The translations under genes and the position numbers were made by a program. Shown in pieces: positions 47,900-58,310 of a stretch of 64,000 nucleotides of DNA (its first letter is position 1; each line of letters begins with the position of its first letter). The notes under the pieces were generated by a model that saw nothing but the letters and a program-made list of their open reading frames with translations, searched no databases and was not told the origin of the DNA. The DNA comes from Candidatus Latescibacterota bacterium (GTDB lineage: Bacteria; Latescibacterota; MWCZ01), in assembly GCA_022706085.1 (NCBI GenBank), contig JAKJDF010000003.1:64813-128812 (forward strand). The letters run 5' to 3'.

Positions 47900-50200
47900 T
47901 CAGGCGTCCAGCGCAATCGTCAAACGTGAAGGTCGAACGTCGGGCACTTTCGAATAGGTCTCGACTGTGACTGAGCCATCGACACCCTCGAGGGGAAACT
48001 CGGAAGATGCCGTTTCGCCGGGCAGAAGAGTGAATTTCCATTCCGGGAAAGCGAGTGGGACCGGTACCCCGGCACGGCGAACCCGAAGGCGAAGTGATCC
48101 CTCTGCGGGGGAATCTCCCAGATTCTTCGCCGAAACCAAGACGCCATTACGGTTTTCGCGATGAACATGTTCGAGCCTCGTTCCGACGCGGGGCGGGATC
48201 GAAGTACGAACTTCGTTACGAACGAGGCCGATTTCCTCCACCGGTATCGGGGCAAACCCCGCCTGGACCACGGGAGAGTTCGGCCCAAGCGCGAACACTC
48301 CGTACGCCGGGTCGCAAAACGAGGGCTCCCCGTCGACGAAATTGTCGCGAATCTCAACGAGGGGTGCAGCGCTTTCGTCTATTCGTACCCATTCACCAAG
48401 ACACACGTTGTGTGTGATGACGTTCCCTTCCGGGGGAACGCCATTGGTTCCCGAGAAATACGGTTCAATCGCGGCGAGTTCGGGATATCGAACGCGGTAC
48501 GGAGGCTCCGAAGGTCGCATTTTTTCGTATTGCTCCTTCATGTATCCCATGACCATGCGGCGCCATACCGGGTGATCGCTCGTCCCCCTGCTGTCAAGTT
48601 CGATTGCGGGGTGGCAATCCACGAATACGTTGTTGCGAACTTCGAAATCCCGTCCACCTCCGAGAAAAACAGCCCGGGTAACGTCCCAGAAGATGTTTTC
48701 GCAGATTGACGTTCCGCTCACGCAATCGTCCATGTACACGGCCATTGAACCCATGCCCACGCCGCCGGTGTGGTGGATGAAATTGCGCCGGATCACGTTT
48801 CCCCTGAACGTGTAATCCCTTCCGGTGTAAATCGCGCCGGCGTCCCCCGTTTCGAGGCACACGGAATAGATCTCGTTGTTTTCCACGGTGATCTCATTTC
48901 CCCAGAAAAGAATCGCGCAGTGGGGCAGATCATGAATCAGGTTGTGCGTGATCAGGTGTCCGACACCGTGGACATTTATCGCCGTCTGGTAGCAACGGGA
49001 CCAGCGTGCGATATGGTGGATGTGGTTGTTGGCCACCACGTGGTCTGCCGGTTCAAGGGTCTGCCGATCGCCTCCTTCGATGTCAAACCCGCCGTCGCCG
49101 TTGTTGAACACGGTGCATCCTGCTACTGCCACGTTCTTTCCACCCCGTATCACAATCCCCCTGTTTCCAAGGTTCTTGATGGTGCATGCTTTTACTGAAA
49201 CATGCTCGCAACCGGTGGCGACTATGCCGTCTCCCCGCGAACATTCAAACGTGAGATCCTCGAACGAGACGTGAGAGACCCTCTGCAATGCCACGAGAGG
49301 AGCCTCAAGAATGGAAAGAATCACATCCCGTGGTACCTCTTGCTCATCCGGAGGAAGCAGATAAAGTCTCCCCCTGCGCCGGTCAACGTAATACTCACCC
49401 GGCGCGTCCAGCTCCTCGAGAACATTCAGGAAATAGAACCGTTGTCCAACCCGATAGCTGTAGTTTCCGTGCGGTGGGTGGGTGGTGACGGTTCTCGTTC
49501 GCGGGTCGATATGGCGCACACGCTCGTAGCTGTTCGCCCAATCGTACGACCAGTAGCCGTGGACCCAGATGTCGTCATCAGGTTCCCACGTCAACGGGCA
49601 ATCCCCTTCGTACGTGAACCCGCCGGTCAGGTCACCGGTCGTGGTTCCCCATTCATCTTTCAGAGGTTTGTCGAACCCCGCGATTTTCAGGAATTCGCCC
49701 GATTGGGGCCACTGGGCGAGCGTCATGGGCTCGCCATCTACGAACAGTTCGGCGTGCGCAGGCAGGACGGGCCGGGCGAATCCGCGCGAAGTCAACGTGC
49801 CGCAGTCGGTAACACCATGTTCGCTCAGATCGGCCGACAGAACGCGATCTCGCACGGACGGCTTCAGCCGTTTGAGCACGGATTCGTCATCCACGCGCGA
49901 AAAGCGGGAAATAATCACTCCGCCGATGACGCGGACACTTTCTCCGGGGCAAGCGCGGTACGTGATCGGCGATGATCCTTTTCCCGAGTCTCCTTCCGTG
50001 AGTTCGAAAGCCCTTTGCCGCTGGTACACGCCGCCGCGAATCCACACCGTCACACCGCCTTCCGGCAATCCTGCGGACGTGCCCAAAACCCTGATCTGAT
50101 CCCGGGCGCGCTCCAGCGTGGCAAAGGGTGCGCGAGCGGATCCCTCGTTGGCGTCGTTGCCGTGCGGGGCGACGAAAAGCTCAGACGGTTCACCTTGCAT
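47900..50200 (-). CDS. Right-handed parallel beta-helix repeat protein (probable glycan hydrolase or lyase)
   Basis: 766 aa with repeated 'NN.I.......I' beta-helix rungs (VANNHIHHIARW, ITHNLIHDL, RRNFIHHTGG). Sits 22 nt upstream of the GH2 gene on the same strand. Confidence 0.65.
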   Translation of the reverse strand: MQGEPSELFVAPHGNDANEGSARAPFATLERARDQIRVLGTSAGLPEGGVTVWIRGGVYQRQRAFELTEGDSGKGSSPITYRACPGESVRVIGGVIISRFSRVDDESVLKRLKPSVRDRVLSADLSEHGVTDCGTLTSRGFARPVLPAHAELFVDGEPMTLAQWPQSGEFLKIAGFDKPLKDEWGTTTGDLTGGFTYEGDCPLTWEPDDDIWVHGYWSYDWANSYERVRHIDPRTRTVTTHPPHGNYSYRVGQRFYFLNVLEELDAPGEYYVDRRRGRLYLLPPDEQEVPRDVILSILEAPLVALQRVSHVSFEDLTFECSRGDGIVATGCEHVSVKACTIKNLGNRGIVIRGGKNVAVAGCTVFNNGDGGFDIEGGDRQTLEPADHVVANNHIHHIARWSRCYQTAINVHGVGHLITHNLIHDLPHCAILFWGNEITVENNEIYSVCLETGDAGAIYTGRDYTFRGNVIRRNFIHHTGGVGMGSMAVYMDDCVSGTSICENIFWDVTRAVFLGGGRDFEVRNNVFVDCHPAIELDSRGTSDHPVWRRMVMGYMKEQYEKMRPSEPPYRVRYPELAAIEPYFSGTNGVPPEGNVITHNVCLGEWVRIDESAAPLVEIRDNFVDGEPSFCDPAYGVFALGPNSPVVQAGFAPIPVEEIGLVRNEVRTSIPPRVGTRLEHVHRENRNGVLVSAKNLGDSPAEGSLRLRVRRAGVPVPLAFPEWKFTLLPGETASSEFPLEGVDGSVTVETYSKVPDVRPSRLTIALDA

Positions 50201-50461
50201 TTCATTTCCTTCAGTATCAGTTCACCTGTTGTGCGTCTCTGTTTGCGACGCACGTGGAGTGCCTTGCCGCTGGATTGCGGGTCGGTAACTCGTACGTCGG
50301 AGAGACGGTACTATGCCGACAAGAGGAAACGCGCCCTGAAACGGGTCCCAGCTGTCGTCGGATTGCCTTCGTTGAGCCGATGTGCGCCCGCAAACCGAGG
50401 TATGCCGCACTCCTCGAACTGTTGCTCCGACTTTCCGAGTTTCTCCAAGCGGTGGCGGCAA

Positions 50462-50923
50462 CTACTCCCGTGCCGGTTGTGCGGCATCGTTCCATACGTA
50501 TTCGCCGGTGGATTTCACGAAAATGCTCAGCCGCAGCTCCGAAAAACATTTGCGAAAGAGACGTTCATCGTTCAGAACGGCCTGTCGGGCGGCTTTGACA
50601 GCAAACTCCACCAGGAAACGCCAGAGAAACGCCGCGCAAAGAGCGCAGAGGCCCGCGAGGATGTACAGGGATTGCCAAGTCGCGAAAAAGGCTCCTGCGA
50701 CGGCGACAAGAATCGACAAAACCAGCACCCAACCCGTCGCGCGCGCGGCATACGGACATTCTGCGCCCAAAAGAAGGACCCAGGACAAAACAAACCTCCG
50801 ATCCAGCCCGATCACGATCTCATGGTTGCGGAAAGCTTTTCGAAGGTTCTCAAAATCACGCCAGTGGCGTTTGAGTATCTCACTGCCTGCCATGCGTTCC
50901 GTCGCCCCCGGCCGGAAACCCAT
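50462..50923 (-). CDS. Hypothetical membrane protein (2 TM helices plus a C-terminal globular domain)
   Basis: Hydrophobic helices VLSWVLLLGA and WVLVLSILVAVAGAFFATW. The start is ambiguous, with Met candidates at 50923 and 50893. Confidence 0.45.
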   Translation of the reverse strand: MGFRPGATERMAGSEILKRHWRDFENLRKAFRNHEIVIGLDRRFVLSWVLLLGAECPYAARATGWVLVLSILVAVAGAFFATWQSLYILAGLCALCAAFLWRFLVEFAVKAARQAVLNDERLFRKCFSELRLSIFVKSTGEYVWNDAAQPARE

Positions 50924-51755
50924 CCTTCAGGAAGTGGACCACTCTGGAAATGGTGTCGGGAGGGATCTTCGAGCGCGCGTTGCGGAGCTCGGCGAGTACG
51001 TACCGCGTGGTTTTCGGGGTGTCCATTGGAGGGGAGATTTCCTCTATCAGCTTGGCGATCTGGCGCACGTCGCGAGTGGGGCAGTTCACGTACCGCGCTA
51101 CTTCCACGTGTGACGCTTTCATTTGGTCCGTGCCATTCGTAGCCCCCCGGGCGACCAGACGCGGAGCGCGCGATACCCGGCGGCCGGCGGAGACGACGGC
51201 TAGGGAGTCGTCCTTCTCTTCTTCGTCTTCACCATCTTGCGGTCTGTCGAAACGTTCCGGTCGCGCCTCAGGCTCATCTTCATCTTCCTCAACACGAGCG
51301 GGCGGCTCGCGTAAAGGCACAGAGCGACGTGGAGTCTCGGTTGGACTTGCTTTCCCGGGAACGGGCGCCCGCGCGGGAGAAACCATTTCTGACGCGACGG
51401 GAACGGCATCCTGCGAAACAGGCGTCCTTTTCTCAAGGGTACTCGTCGGCGCATCCTGGGTGGTTTTCGCTTGGTCCGCCACCGGCGCGTCGATCGTGCC
51501 GCGCTGGAGCGCGGTTATTGCGCACGCCGCACACAAGTTTGCCGAACGGCCGTCCAACGTAAGTTGTGCAATATTCGGGAAAAAGTTGCCGCACCGATCG
51601 CACGGCACAAATTCCCGAAGCAGAGCTTCAAGTTGCGCGTGCAGCCGCTTTGCTTCCTGGAACGTCGCGGCGGATATGGGGCGTTTCCCCAGATTTGCCA
51701 GTTCGGCGGCTATGGTGGTGATGCGATCGCTGAAAATGGGCGCGGGAGGGGACAT
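50880..51755 (-). CDS. Hypothetical protein with an N-terminal Cys4 zinc-ribbon, a central acidic/Pro-rich linker and a C-terminal HTH-like domain
   Basis: CDRCGNFF...CAACAI, the acidic tract EEDEDEPEARPERFDRPQDGEDEEEKDD, and a C-terminal 'VARYVNCPTRDVRQIAKLIEEI'. The antisense ORFs here are S/R-rich junk. Confidence 0.55.
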   Translation of the reverse strand: MSPPAPIFSDRITTIAAELANLGKRPISAATFQEAKRLHAQLEALLREFVPCDRCGNFFPNIAQLTLDGRSANLCAACAITALQRGTIDAPVADQAKTTQDAPTSTLEKRTPVSQDAVPVASEMVSPARAPVPGKASPTETPRRSVPLREPPARVEEDEDEPEARPERFDRPQDGEDEEEKDDSLAVVSAGRRVSRAPRLVARGATNGTDQMKASHVEVARYVNCPTRDVRQIAKLIEEISPPMDTPKTTRYVLAELRNARSKIPPDTISRVVHFLKDGFPAGGDGTHGRQ

Positions 51756-52037
51756 TCAGCTCTCCGAAAACCGTTACGAGCATGGGCACGATGGGTGTGT
51801 ACGTCGGAAGATAGCAGGGGAGACGAACCGCGGCAAGCCGGAACTTGGTCCGTGCTGTCAGTTGCACCGGCATGATGGTCCGGTCCTGCGGGCCGCATAC
51901 TTCAACGAGAACCAGTGACGAACAGCGCGCATGAATCCCACGGCCGGGCATCCTGAGCAACTGCAAACGTACCCACGCGGATGCCCGACTGCCTCTGTCT
52001 TCGAACATCGGGTCCATGTTTTCACCCCCGTTCAGTT

Positions 52038-52931
52038 TCAAGACAAACCGCGCTCGCGGAAGATAACGCATGAGATGTGCAGGGGACAGCGGGAGCAGTT
52101 GTTGATGTCCGTCTTCAACGGGCAATGGCCAAGAATCCCGAGGCGACTCAGAGCATAGTCAAACCGGATCGGGTCCGCCGGGTCGAAGTGCCGAAGCTTC
52201 CGCGTGACCTCGACAGCCATCTTCCAATCGACCGTTGATCGCCGGGTGAGGCCGATCTGCTTGCAGATTCGAGCGACGTGCGTGTCGAGAGGCAACACGA
52301 GCAAGGACGGTGAGACCGTTCTCCACAGACCCAGGTCGGGAGATTCGCGCCTGACTACCCACCTGAGAAAGAGGTTCAGGCGTTTGCATGCGGATCCGTC
52401 TGCAGGCGACGGGAGCAGATGCCTGAAGAAGCGCCGCCGCTCGACCTCGTGTCTTTCCTGTTCCCGCAGGAACGGCACAAACGCCTCCAGCGCCACGCCG
52501 ACATCCCGGGCGCCCTTCCGTAGTCCGCGGCAGAACACGCGTTCGAGCGAACCATGTCTCCGAAGGACGTGCGCGAGGATTGAAGACATGATGGCCACAT
52601 CCTCTCCTGTGTGGAGACGGTGTTGCCATCCGGTGAGGCATCTCGCGCCGCTGGAGAGGTGTGAGGCAGTGACGAACCCATAGGGTCCGCCGGGCATTCG
52701 GCTGAAAAGATCGCGCAGATTCCGCGCGATGATTCTGGCGTTGCCGTACGCGAACAGTGCGGAAAAGAACGCTGCTATCTCCTGATCCCGTGGATCGGAG
52801 AATTCACGGACTACGAAGAGTGGGTCCGGATCCAGTGCCGATTCGTCGTAGGCGTTGCACAGGTTCTCCAGGGCGGTACCGAGGTCCGATCGCACCGAAT
52901 CCCGGTTTTCGGTCGTCAGGTCAGGTACCAT
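52038..52931 (-). CDS. Hypothetical protein with a C-terminal Cys cluster, possibly TIGR02757/DUF2400-like
   Basis: About 298 aa, ending in the C-terminal motif CPLKTDINNCSRCPLHISC. The family assignment comes from memory only. Confidence 0.4.
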   Translation of the reverse strand: MVPDLTTENRDSVRSDLGTALENLCNAYDESALDPDPLFVVREFSDPRDQEIAAFFSALFAYGNARIIARNLRDLFSRMPGGPYGFVTASHLSSGARCLTGWQHRLHTGEDVAIMSSILAHVLRRHGSLERVFCRGLRKGARDVGVALEAFVPFLREQERHEVERRRFFRHLLPSPADGSACKRLNLFLRWVVRRESPDLGLWRTVSPSLLVLPLDTHVARICKQIGLTRRSTVDWKMAVEVTRKLRHFDPADPIRFDYALSRLGILGHCPLKTDINNCSRCPLHISCVIFRERGLS

Positions 52932-53021
52932 GCGGTCCGTGCCGGCGCCTGTTGTAGCGCTCAAGGCGTTTGCAACGGCGGCAGGTCGGTGTACATCGTT
53001 GCGGCGGCACAAGGAGCGTTC

Positions 53022-55886
53022 TCACCTGAGAGGGATTTCCGCGCCCATGGAATGCGCGAGGAGCTTCAAGGGGTGCAATGTCGTCCTTGTCGTTCCGAAC
53101 TCCATCTGAAGCTTGCACGTACTGCAGTCTGTCACTCCGTAATCAATCGAAGCATCAGAGAGACGGTTGAGCAGGCTCTTACCGATGGCCATTGAGGTGT
53201 CGAAATACGCGCGTTTCATGCCGTACGTTCCGGCCATACCGCAACAACCTTCATCGAGAATCTGAATCCGCAGCGACGGGATGCGCTTGAGGATATCTAC
53301 GGCCGGCAGCCCAATCCGCATGGCCTTCAGGTGACAGGGTGCATGGTATGCGACACTGAAATCGAGTGCCCGGAGATGGAGTTCGTTACCCGCACGCAGC
53401 CTTTGTTCGACGTATTGAGACGCATCCTGCATACAGCCGGCGACCAACTCGGCCGCGCGGGAGCCGAGAATGTCCCGATACTCGTCCTTGAGAAAGAGCG
53501 TGGCCGTAGGTTCCGTGGCGATGATTCGTAAACCCGCTTCTGCATACGGGCGCAGTGCTTCAACATTGTGCGACGCGAGTCGGCGTACCCTTTTGAGCCC
53601 GCCGTTGGCGGCGGCGGCAATTCCGCACGGGAGAGTCTCCGGAACGATCATATGAATTCCGAGCCTGTTCAGCACAGCGTGCAAGGCTTTGCCTACGTCG
53701 GGATCATGGTATTGCGCGCATTGGTCCGGGAAGTACACAACGGCCTCTGCCCCCGCCGGTTGTTCCCCGATTCCGTACGTTCGGTGCCACGACGAGAAGG
53801 TCTTTCGTGCGAACCGGGGCAGTCTGCGCCGGCGGTCAATGCCGGAGAACATGTCTAGCGCGGCTCCGAAAAAGGGTTGTCGCGCAACCACGTTGGAAAG
53901 GGGTGAGAAAAGCCTGCCTGCGCTGCTGAGAAAGTCGGATGCTCCCAGTGCGATTTCGGCGATGGGACGGCCTTTGTGTTCGGAGTACTGGCCCTTCACA
54001 ATCAGCATGATGCGCCCGATGTCGACGCCGGAAGGGCACTCGAACGAGCACATGCGGCAGCCGATACACGTGTCCAGTATCCGCTTCCAGTCTTTCGTCC
54101 TGCTAAAGGAATCCGGCAACTGACCACTTGCGAAAAGGCGGAGCAGGTTCGCTTTCGCACGCGGAGTCGCGGCCTCGTCTCCAAGTGCCTTATACACCGG
54201 ACACATAGTGACAGGCGGTTCGGGTATGCGGCACGTTCCACATCCGTGGCAGCGCGAAATAATGTCCGTGATTTCATGCAGTGATACCGGGAGAGGCGTA
54301 TCCAAAGGTTGAAGAATGTGCCCGCTTCCAAGCCGCAGATCGCTGTCCAGAGCATGGGGCGCGCGGCTCACTTTCACGCCCGGGTTCAGGATGTTCGACG
54401 GATCGAACAACTCTTTTACGTCGACAAACACGTCGCTGAGCTCGCCGTACATTCGGCGAAGAAAAGGAGCTCGCGCTCTCCCGTCACCGTGCTCCCCGCT
54501 CATGGAGCCGCCATACCGAGATACTGTCCCGAATACCGCGCTCGCAAGCAGTTCCAATCTGGCGATGTCCCGCGCGTCCGTGAGGTCGAGCAGCGGCCGG
54601 ACATGCAGATTGCCCTGTCCTGCATGTCCGTATATCGCCGCTTCCACGTCGAAGCTCTGGAAAATGGTTTTCAAATCGCCGATGAACCTTCCGAGGGACT
54701 CCGGCGGTACGACTACGTCCTCTACGAACGCCACTGGCCGCCTCTTCCCGGGCAAGGTGTAAAGGATCGGCAGGGTCGCTTTCCGCACGTTCATGAGTGC
54801 ACTGTGAGTCGCTGCGTCAAACGCATACACATGTCCCGTCGCGAGATCGCGAGACCGTTCCACAGCCATTCTGCACGCGGATTCCGTGGTCTGTGAGTTG
54901 TCGCCGTCAAATTCCACGAACAACTGCGCAACTGCGTCAGTCGGCAGGAAAGTTGCGAGTTCAGGACGGTGGGCGCGTATCATGTCCAGCGCGGTCTGGT
55001 CCATTATTTCCACCGCACTGGGGCCCAGCGGCAGGATCGTGTGTACTGCCTCCCCTGCAGCTTCCACGCTGGCGAAATTGATCAGCACCATTGAAGATGC
55101 AGGCGGTCTGGGCACGATCTCGAGTTCGGCCTCCGTGACGATGGCAAGCGTGCCCTCAGAACCAACTATGAGGCTCGCCAGGTTTACGCCGTCAGGTTTC
55201 AGTGCTCTGGCCAACTGGTATCCGCTTGCGTTCTTCGCACACTTCGGGAAAATCTCACGGATGCGGGATTCGTGCTGCCGGAGGATGGCCGGAATCTCCT
55301 CAACTATGCCGGCAAGCAGAGATGTCTGCGGCGAGATCGGCACGGCTTCTGAGCCGCGGAACTCCGCAACTGAACCGTCGGCGAGAACACATCGCACCGC
55401 GGCGACGTAATCAATCGTGGACCCATACTTGACGGAATGAGCGCCGCTCGAATTGCACGCGATCATGCCCCCGATCGTTGCGTAGTCTCCGCTTGAAGGG
55501 TCCGGCGGGAACATGAACCCGCGAGCCGCGAGATGCCTGTTCAGCACTCCGAGTGTGATGCCGGGCTGGACCCTCACACGGCGTCGCTTCTCGTCCAGTT
55601 CCAGCACCGCGCGCATGAAGCGGCTGAAATCCAGAATGACCCCTCGACCAAGCGCTTGTCCGACAAGTGACGACCCGCCACCACGGGCGGTGACAGGGAC
55701 GCCGGTCTCGGCTGCGCGACGCACGACGGCCGCCACTTCCGCTTCTGATTCCGGGAACACGACAGCGGACGGGGTAATTTGGTACATGCAGGCAGCCGTG
55801 CTGTACTGGGTCCGTGTCAGCGCGTCCGAAGCCAGGTGGCGCGCACACCCTGAGAAATCGCAGGTTTCCTGTTCTCTCATAGCCAT
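53022..55886 (-). CDS. Fused FAD-binding (PCMH-type) oxidase, 4Fe-4S ferredoxin and CCG-domain oxidoreductase (YdiJ / GlcD-GlcF-fusion type 2-hydroxy-acid dehydrogenase)
   Basis: N-terminal FAD_binding_4 ([12 protein letters not shown]), central CxxCxxCxxxCP clusters ([20 protein letters not shown]), and C-terminal CCG motifs ([15 protein letters not shown]). Confidence 0.85.
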   Translation of the reverse strand: MAMREQETCDFSGCARHLASDALTRTQYSTAACMYQITPSAVVFPESEAEVAAVVRRAAETGVPVTARGGGSSLVGQALGRGVILDFSRFMRAVLELDEKRRRVRVQPGITLGVLNRHLAARGFMFPPDPSSGDYATIGGMIACNSSGAHSVKYGSTIDYVAAVRCVLADGSVAEFRGSEAVPISPQTSLLAGIVEEIPAILRQHESRIREIFPKCAKNASGYQLARALKPDGVNLASLIVGSEGTLAIVTEAELEIVPRPPASSMVLINFASVEAAGEAVHTILPLGPSAVEIMDQTALDMIRAHRPELATFLPTDAVAQLFVEFDGDNSQTTESACRMAVERSRDLATGHVYAFDAATHSALMNVRKATLPILYTLPGKRRPVAFVEDVVVPPESLGRFIGDLKTIFQSFDVEAAIYGHAGQGNLHVRPLLDLTDARDIARLELLASAVFGTVSRYGGSMSGEHGDGRARAPFLRRMYGELSDVFVDVKELFDPSNILNPGVKVSRAPHALDSDLRLGSGHILQPLDTPLPVSLHEITDIISRCHGCGTCRIPEPPVTMCPVYKALGDEAATPRAKANLLRLFASGQLPDSFSRTKDWKRILDTCIGCRMCSFECPSGVDIGRIMLIVKGQYSEHKGRPIAEIALGASDFLSSAGRLFSPLSNVVARQPFFGAALDMFSGIDRRRRLPRFARKTFSSWHRTYGIGEQPAGAEAVVYFPDQCAQYHDPDVGKALHAVLNRLGIHMIVPETLPCGIAAAANGGLKRVRRLASHNVEALRPYAEAGLRIIATEPTATLFLKDEYRDILGSRAAELVAGCMQDASQYVEQRLRAGNELHLRALDFSVAYHAPCHLKAMRIGLPAVDILKRIPSLRIQILDEGCCGMAGTYGMKRAYFDTSMAIGKSLLNRLSDASIDYGVTDCSTCKLQMEFGTTRTTLHPLKLLAHSMGAEIPLR

Positions 55887-55928
55887 CGGGTGCTTTCAGA
55901 AAGAGGGTTCTCGCGGTTCTTGTACCGA

Positions 55929-55953
55929 GGGATCCCGGGGAGGAGTCCTCCCC
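55929..55953. promoter_or_regulatory. Paired palindromes in the divergent promoter region between the oxidoreductase gene and glgC
   Basis: GGGATCCC (perfect 8-mer palindrome) directly followed by GGGGAGGAGTCCTCCCC (17-mer near-palindrome). Confidence 0.35.
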
Positions 55954-56103
55954 AAAGGTACGGAGTGCGGGCCCCCCGGCAAATCGCCGGGTTTGCGGGC
56001 TGCTCCGTCGCACACGTTTGCCGACGACGACGATGAGGGGTATTTTCTGGTGGGGTACACGGCGGCAGAAAACTCGTCAACAGGCAGTCTGAGGGGGGTC
56101 GAA

Positions 56104-57363
56104 ATGAGCAGCGGCATTCTGGCAGTAATCCTCGGAGGCGGACAGGGCGCTCGCCTTTACCCTCTCACGAAAGTGCGTTCGAAGCCGGCCGTTCCCATCG
56201 GCGGCAAATACCGATTGATCGACATACCCATCTCCAATTGCCTGCACAGCGGGATTGACACCGTCTACGTTCTCACGCAATTCAACAGCGTCTCCCTGCA
56301 CAGACACATCCACCGCACCTACCGGTTCGATGTGTTCGGAAGGGGGTTCGTTGAAATCCTCGCGGCTGAGCAGACGATGGAAAACACGGGCTGGTTCCAG
56401 GGTACCGCAGACGCGGTGCGACGAAGCCTTCGCTACATCGATCTGCCCGACTACAAGCACATTCTCATTCTCTCCGGCGACCATTTGTATCGCATGGACT
56501 ACCGGGAGTTTGTTGCCACGCATCTCCGGAGCAACAATGACGTGACGGTTTCCGTCAAACCCGTCGGCCTTGAGGAGACGTCCGGGTTTGGAATCGTCCG
56601 GATGGGCGAAAGCCACGAAATCATCGAGTTTCTGGAAAAACCGACGGAGCCGGCGGACCTTGAACGATTACGCCTTCCTGATGCACCTCCGGGGAAGAAT
56701 TTCCTGGCGTCAATGGGGATCTACGTGTTCCGCCGCGAGGTTCTGGTGGATCTTTTGAACCGCGGCACGGAGGCGGATTTCGGCCGTCAGGTTATCCCCC
56801 GTGCAATTGCAGAGACACGTGTTGGGGCACACCTTTTCGACGGGTACTGGCAGGATATTGGCACGATCGTGTCGTTTCATCGAGCCAACATTGATCTCGC
56901 AGCCGAGCTTCCGCCTTTCAATTTCTATGAGCCGGGGGCGCCTATTTACACCCATCCTCGATTCCTTCCCAGCTCCAAGATCAACAACGCCCATGTCCAA
57001 CAGAGTATGTTGAGCGAAGGTTCGATTGTGATGGAAGCGGATATTCGGCAGAGTATTATCGGTATTCGAAGTATCATCCAGAGGCACGCGGTCATACGCA
57101 AATCAGTCATCATGGGGGCCGATTTCTACGAAACTGACAGGGACCGCGCCCACAATCGGTCAATCGGGCGGCCGGACGTTGGCGTTGGCGAGAAATGTCT
57201 CATCGAAAACGCCATTGTGGACAAGAATGCCCGCATCGGGGACGGAGTGCAGATCGTCAATGCGGCGAGAGTCAACAATGCGCGCCACGCCGACTACGTC
57301 ATTGCGGACGGAATCGTCGTGATTCCCAAAGACGCGGTGATTCAACCGGGAACCGTGATCTGA
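56104..57363 (+). CDS. glgC: Glucose-1-phosphate adenylyltransferase
   Basis: [14 protein letters not shown]...PAVP(I)[10 protein letters not shown]-terminal signature, and a C-terminal left-handed beta-helix. Confidence 0.9.
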   Translation: MSSGILAVILGGGQGARLYPLTKVRSKPAVPIGGKYRLIDIPISNCLHSGIDTVYVLTQFNSVSLHRHIHRTYRFDVFGRGFVEILAAEQTMENTGWFQGTADAVRRSLRYIDLPDYKHILILSGDHLYRMDYREFVATHLRSNNDVTVSVKPVGLEETSGFGIVRMGESHEIIEFLEKPTEPADLERLRLPDAPPGKNFLASMGIYVFRREVLVDLLNRGTEADFGRQVIPRAIAETRVGAHLFDGYWQDIGTIVSFHRANIDLAAELPPFNFYEPGAPIYTHPRFLPSSKINNAHVQQSMLSEGSIVMEADIRQSIIGIRSIIQRHAVIRKSVIMGADFYETDRDRAHNRSIGRPDVGVGEKCLIENAIVDKNARIGDGVQIVNAARVNNARHADYVIADGIVVIPKDAVIQPGTVI

Positions 57364-57392
57364 AGCGACTGCTTGACGGAGTGTGGTGTGGG

Positions 57393-58310
57393 ATGAATGG
57401 CCTGCCTATCGTATTGGAGAACGTATCGAAATTTTTCGGATCAACCCGCGCGGTCGACAATCTTTCGCTTACTCTTCGGACTGGGTCTGTTTGCGGATTA
57501 CTTGGTCCGAACGGGTCTGGAAAAACCACCACCATTCGTATGATCATGAGTATTCTGTTGCCGGATTCAGGGGAGGTGCGGCTCTGGGGCGCTCCCGCCG
57601 CCGGCGCGGTTCGAAAACACGTGGGATACCTGCCGGAGGAGCGCGGCCTCTACGCAACCATGACTGTCTTCGACCATCTGATTTTCCTCGCCGAGTTGCA
57701 CGACCTGTCGCGTCGAGAGGCAAAAAGTGCGGTCGAAGAATGGTCTGAAAGGTTCACGACGAACGGTGAATCGTCGCCGAAGTCGTGGTGGGGGCGGCGC
57801 GTACAGGAACTATCCAAAGGGCAACAGCAGACTGTTCAATTGATTGGAGCGCTTCTCCACCGCCCCGGGCTCGTCATACTGGATGAGCCTTTCAGCGGCC
57901 TCGACCCGGTGCACACCAGCCATCTGCGGACGATAGTACGCCACCTCAAAGAGTCTGGCATCGCGGTTCTCCTTTCAACTCACCGAATGGAACAAGCGGA
58001 GCGGCTCTGCGACGACATCTGCCTCATCCACCATGGTAGGGCGGTGTTGTCGGGCGCACTGCGTGAGGTGAAATCCGCCGCCGCCAGCCGGTTTGTGGAA
58101 CTGCGCATGGACCGTGTTCCCGACTTTCTGAAACCCGACGAGCTGATCGCCGGGGTCGAAATGGTCTCCGATGGCGCGCGGATCCGTCTTCAGCAGGGTG
58201 CGGATGCGCAGATGGTTCTTGCCCGCGCGATTCGCCGGGGGCGCGTGCTGAAGTTCGAAATAGTCGAGCCGTCCCTGGATGACCTCTTCATCGAGGCGGT
58301 GAGCCGATGA
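57393..58310 (+). CDS. ABC transporter ATP-binding protein (ABC-2/NatA-type)
   Basis: GPNGSGKTT Walker A, LSKGQQQ signature, ILDEPF Walker B. Confidence 0.9.
   Translation: MNGLPIVLENVSKFFGSTRAVDNLSLTLRTGSVCGLLGPNGSGKTTTIRMIMSILLPDSGEVRLWGAPAAGAVRKHVGYLPEERGLYATMTVFDHLIFLAELHDLSRREAKSAVEEWSERFTTNGESSPKSWWGRRVQELSKGQQQTVQLIGALLHRPGLVILDEPFSGLDPVHTSHLRTIVRHLKESGIAVLLSTHRMEQAERLCDDICLIHHGRAVLSGALREVKSAAASRFVELRMDRVPDFLKPDELIAGVEMVSDGARIRLQQGADAQMVLARAIRRGRVLKFEIVEPSLDDLFIEAVSR

Noticed and set aside
50015-51918. Two long plus-strand ORFs (375 aa and 322 aa) opposite the membrane and zinc-ribbon genes
   Set aside because: The translations are Ser/Arg-rich and repetitive (SSSSSPSCGLSKRSGRASGSSSSSS). 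The minus-strand ORFs have structured, motif-bearing sequence.
51628-52125. 165-aa minus-strand ORF in the gap between the zinc-ribbon gene and the TIGR02757-like gene
   Set aside because: It overlaps both flanking genes and has a poor sequence character. A 9-bp inverted repeat (CGGGCATCC...GGATGCCCG, about 51938-51985) lies here but lacks a T-tract, so I did not call a terminator.
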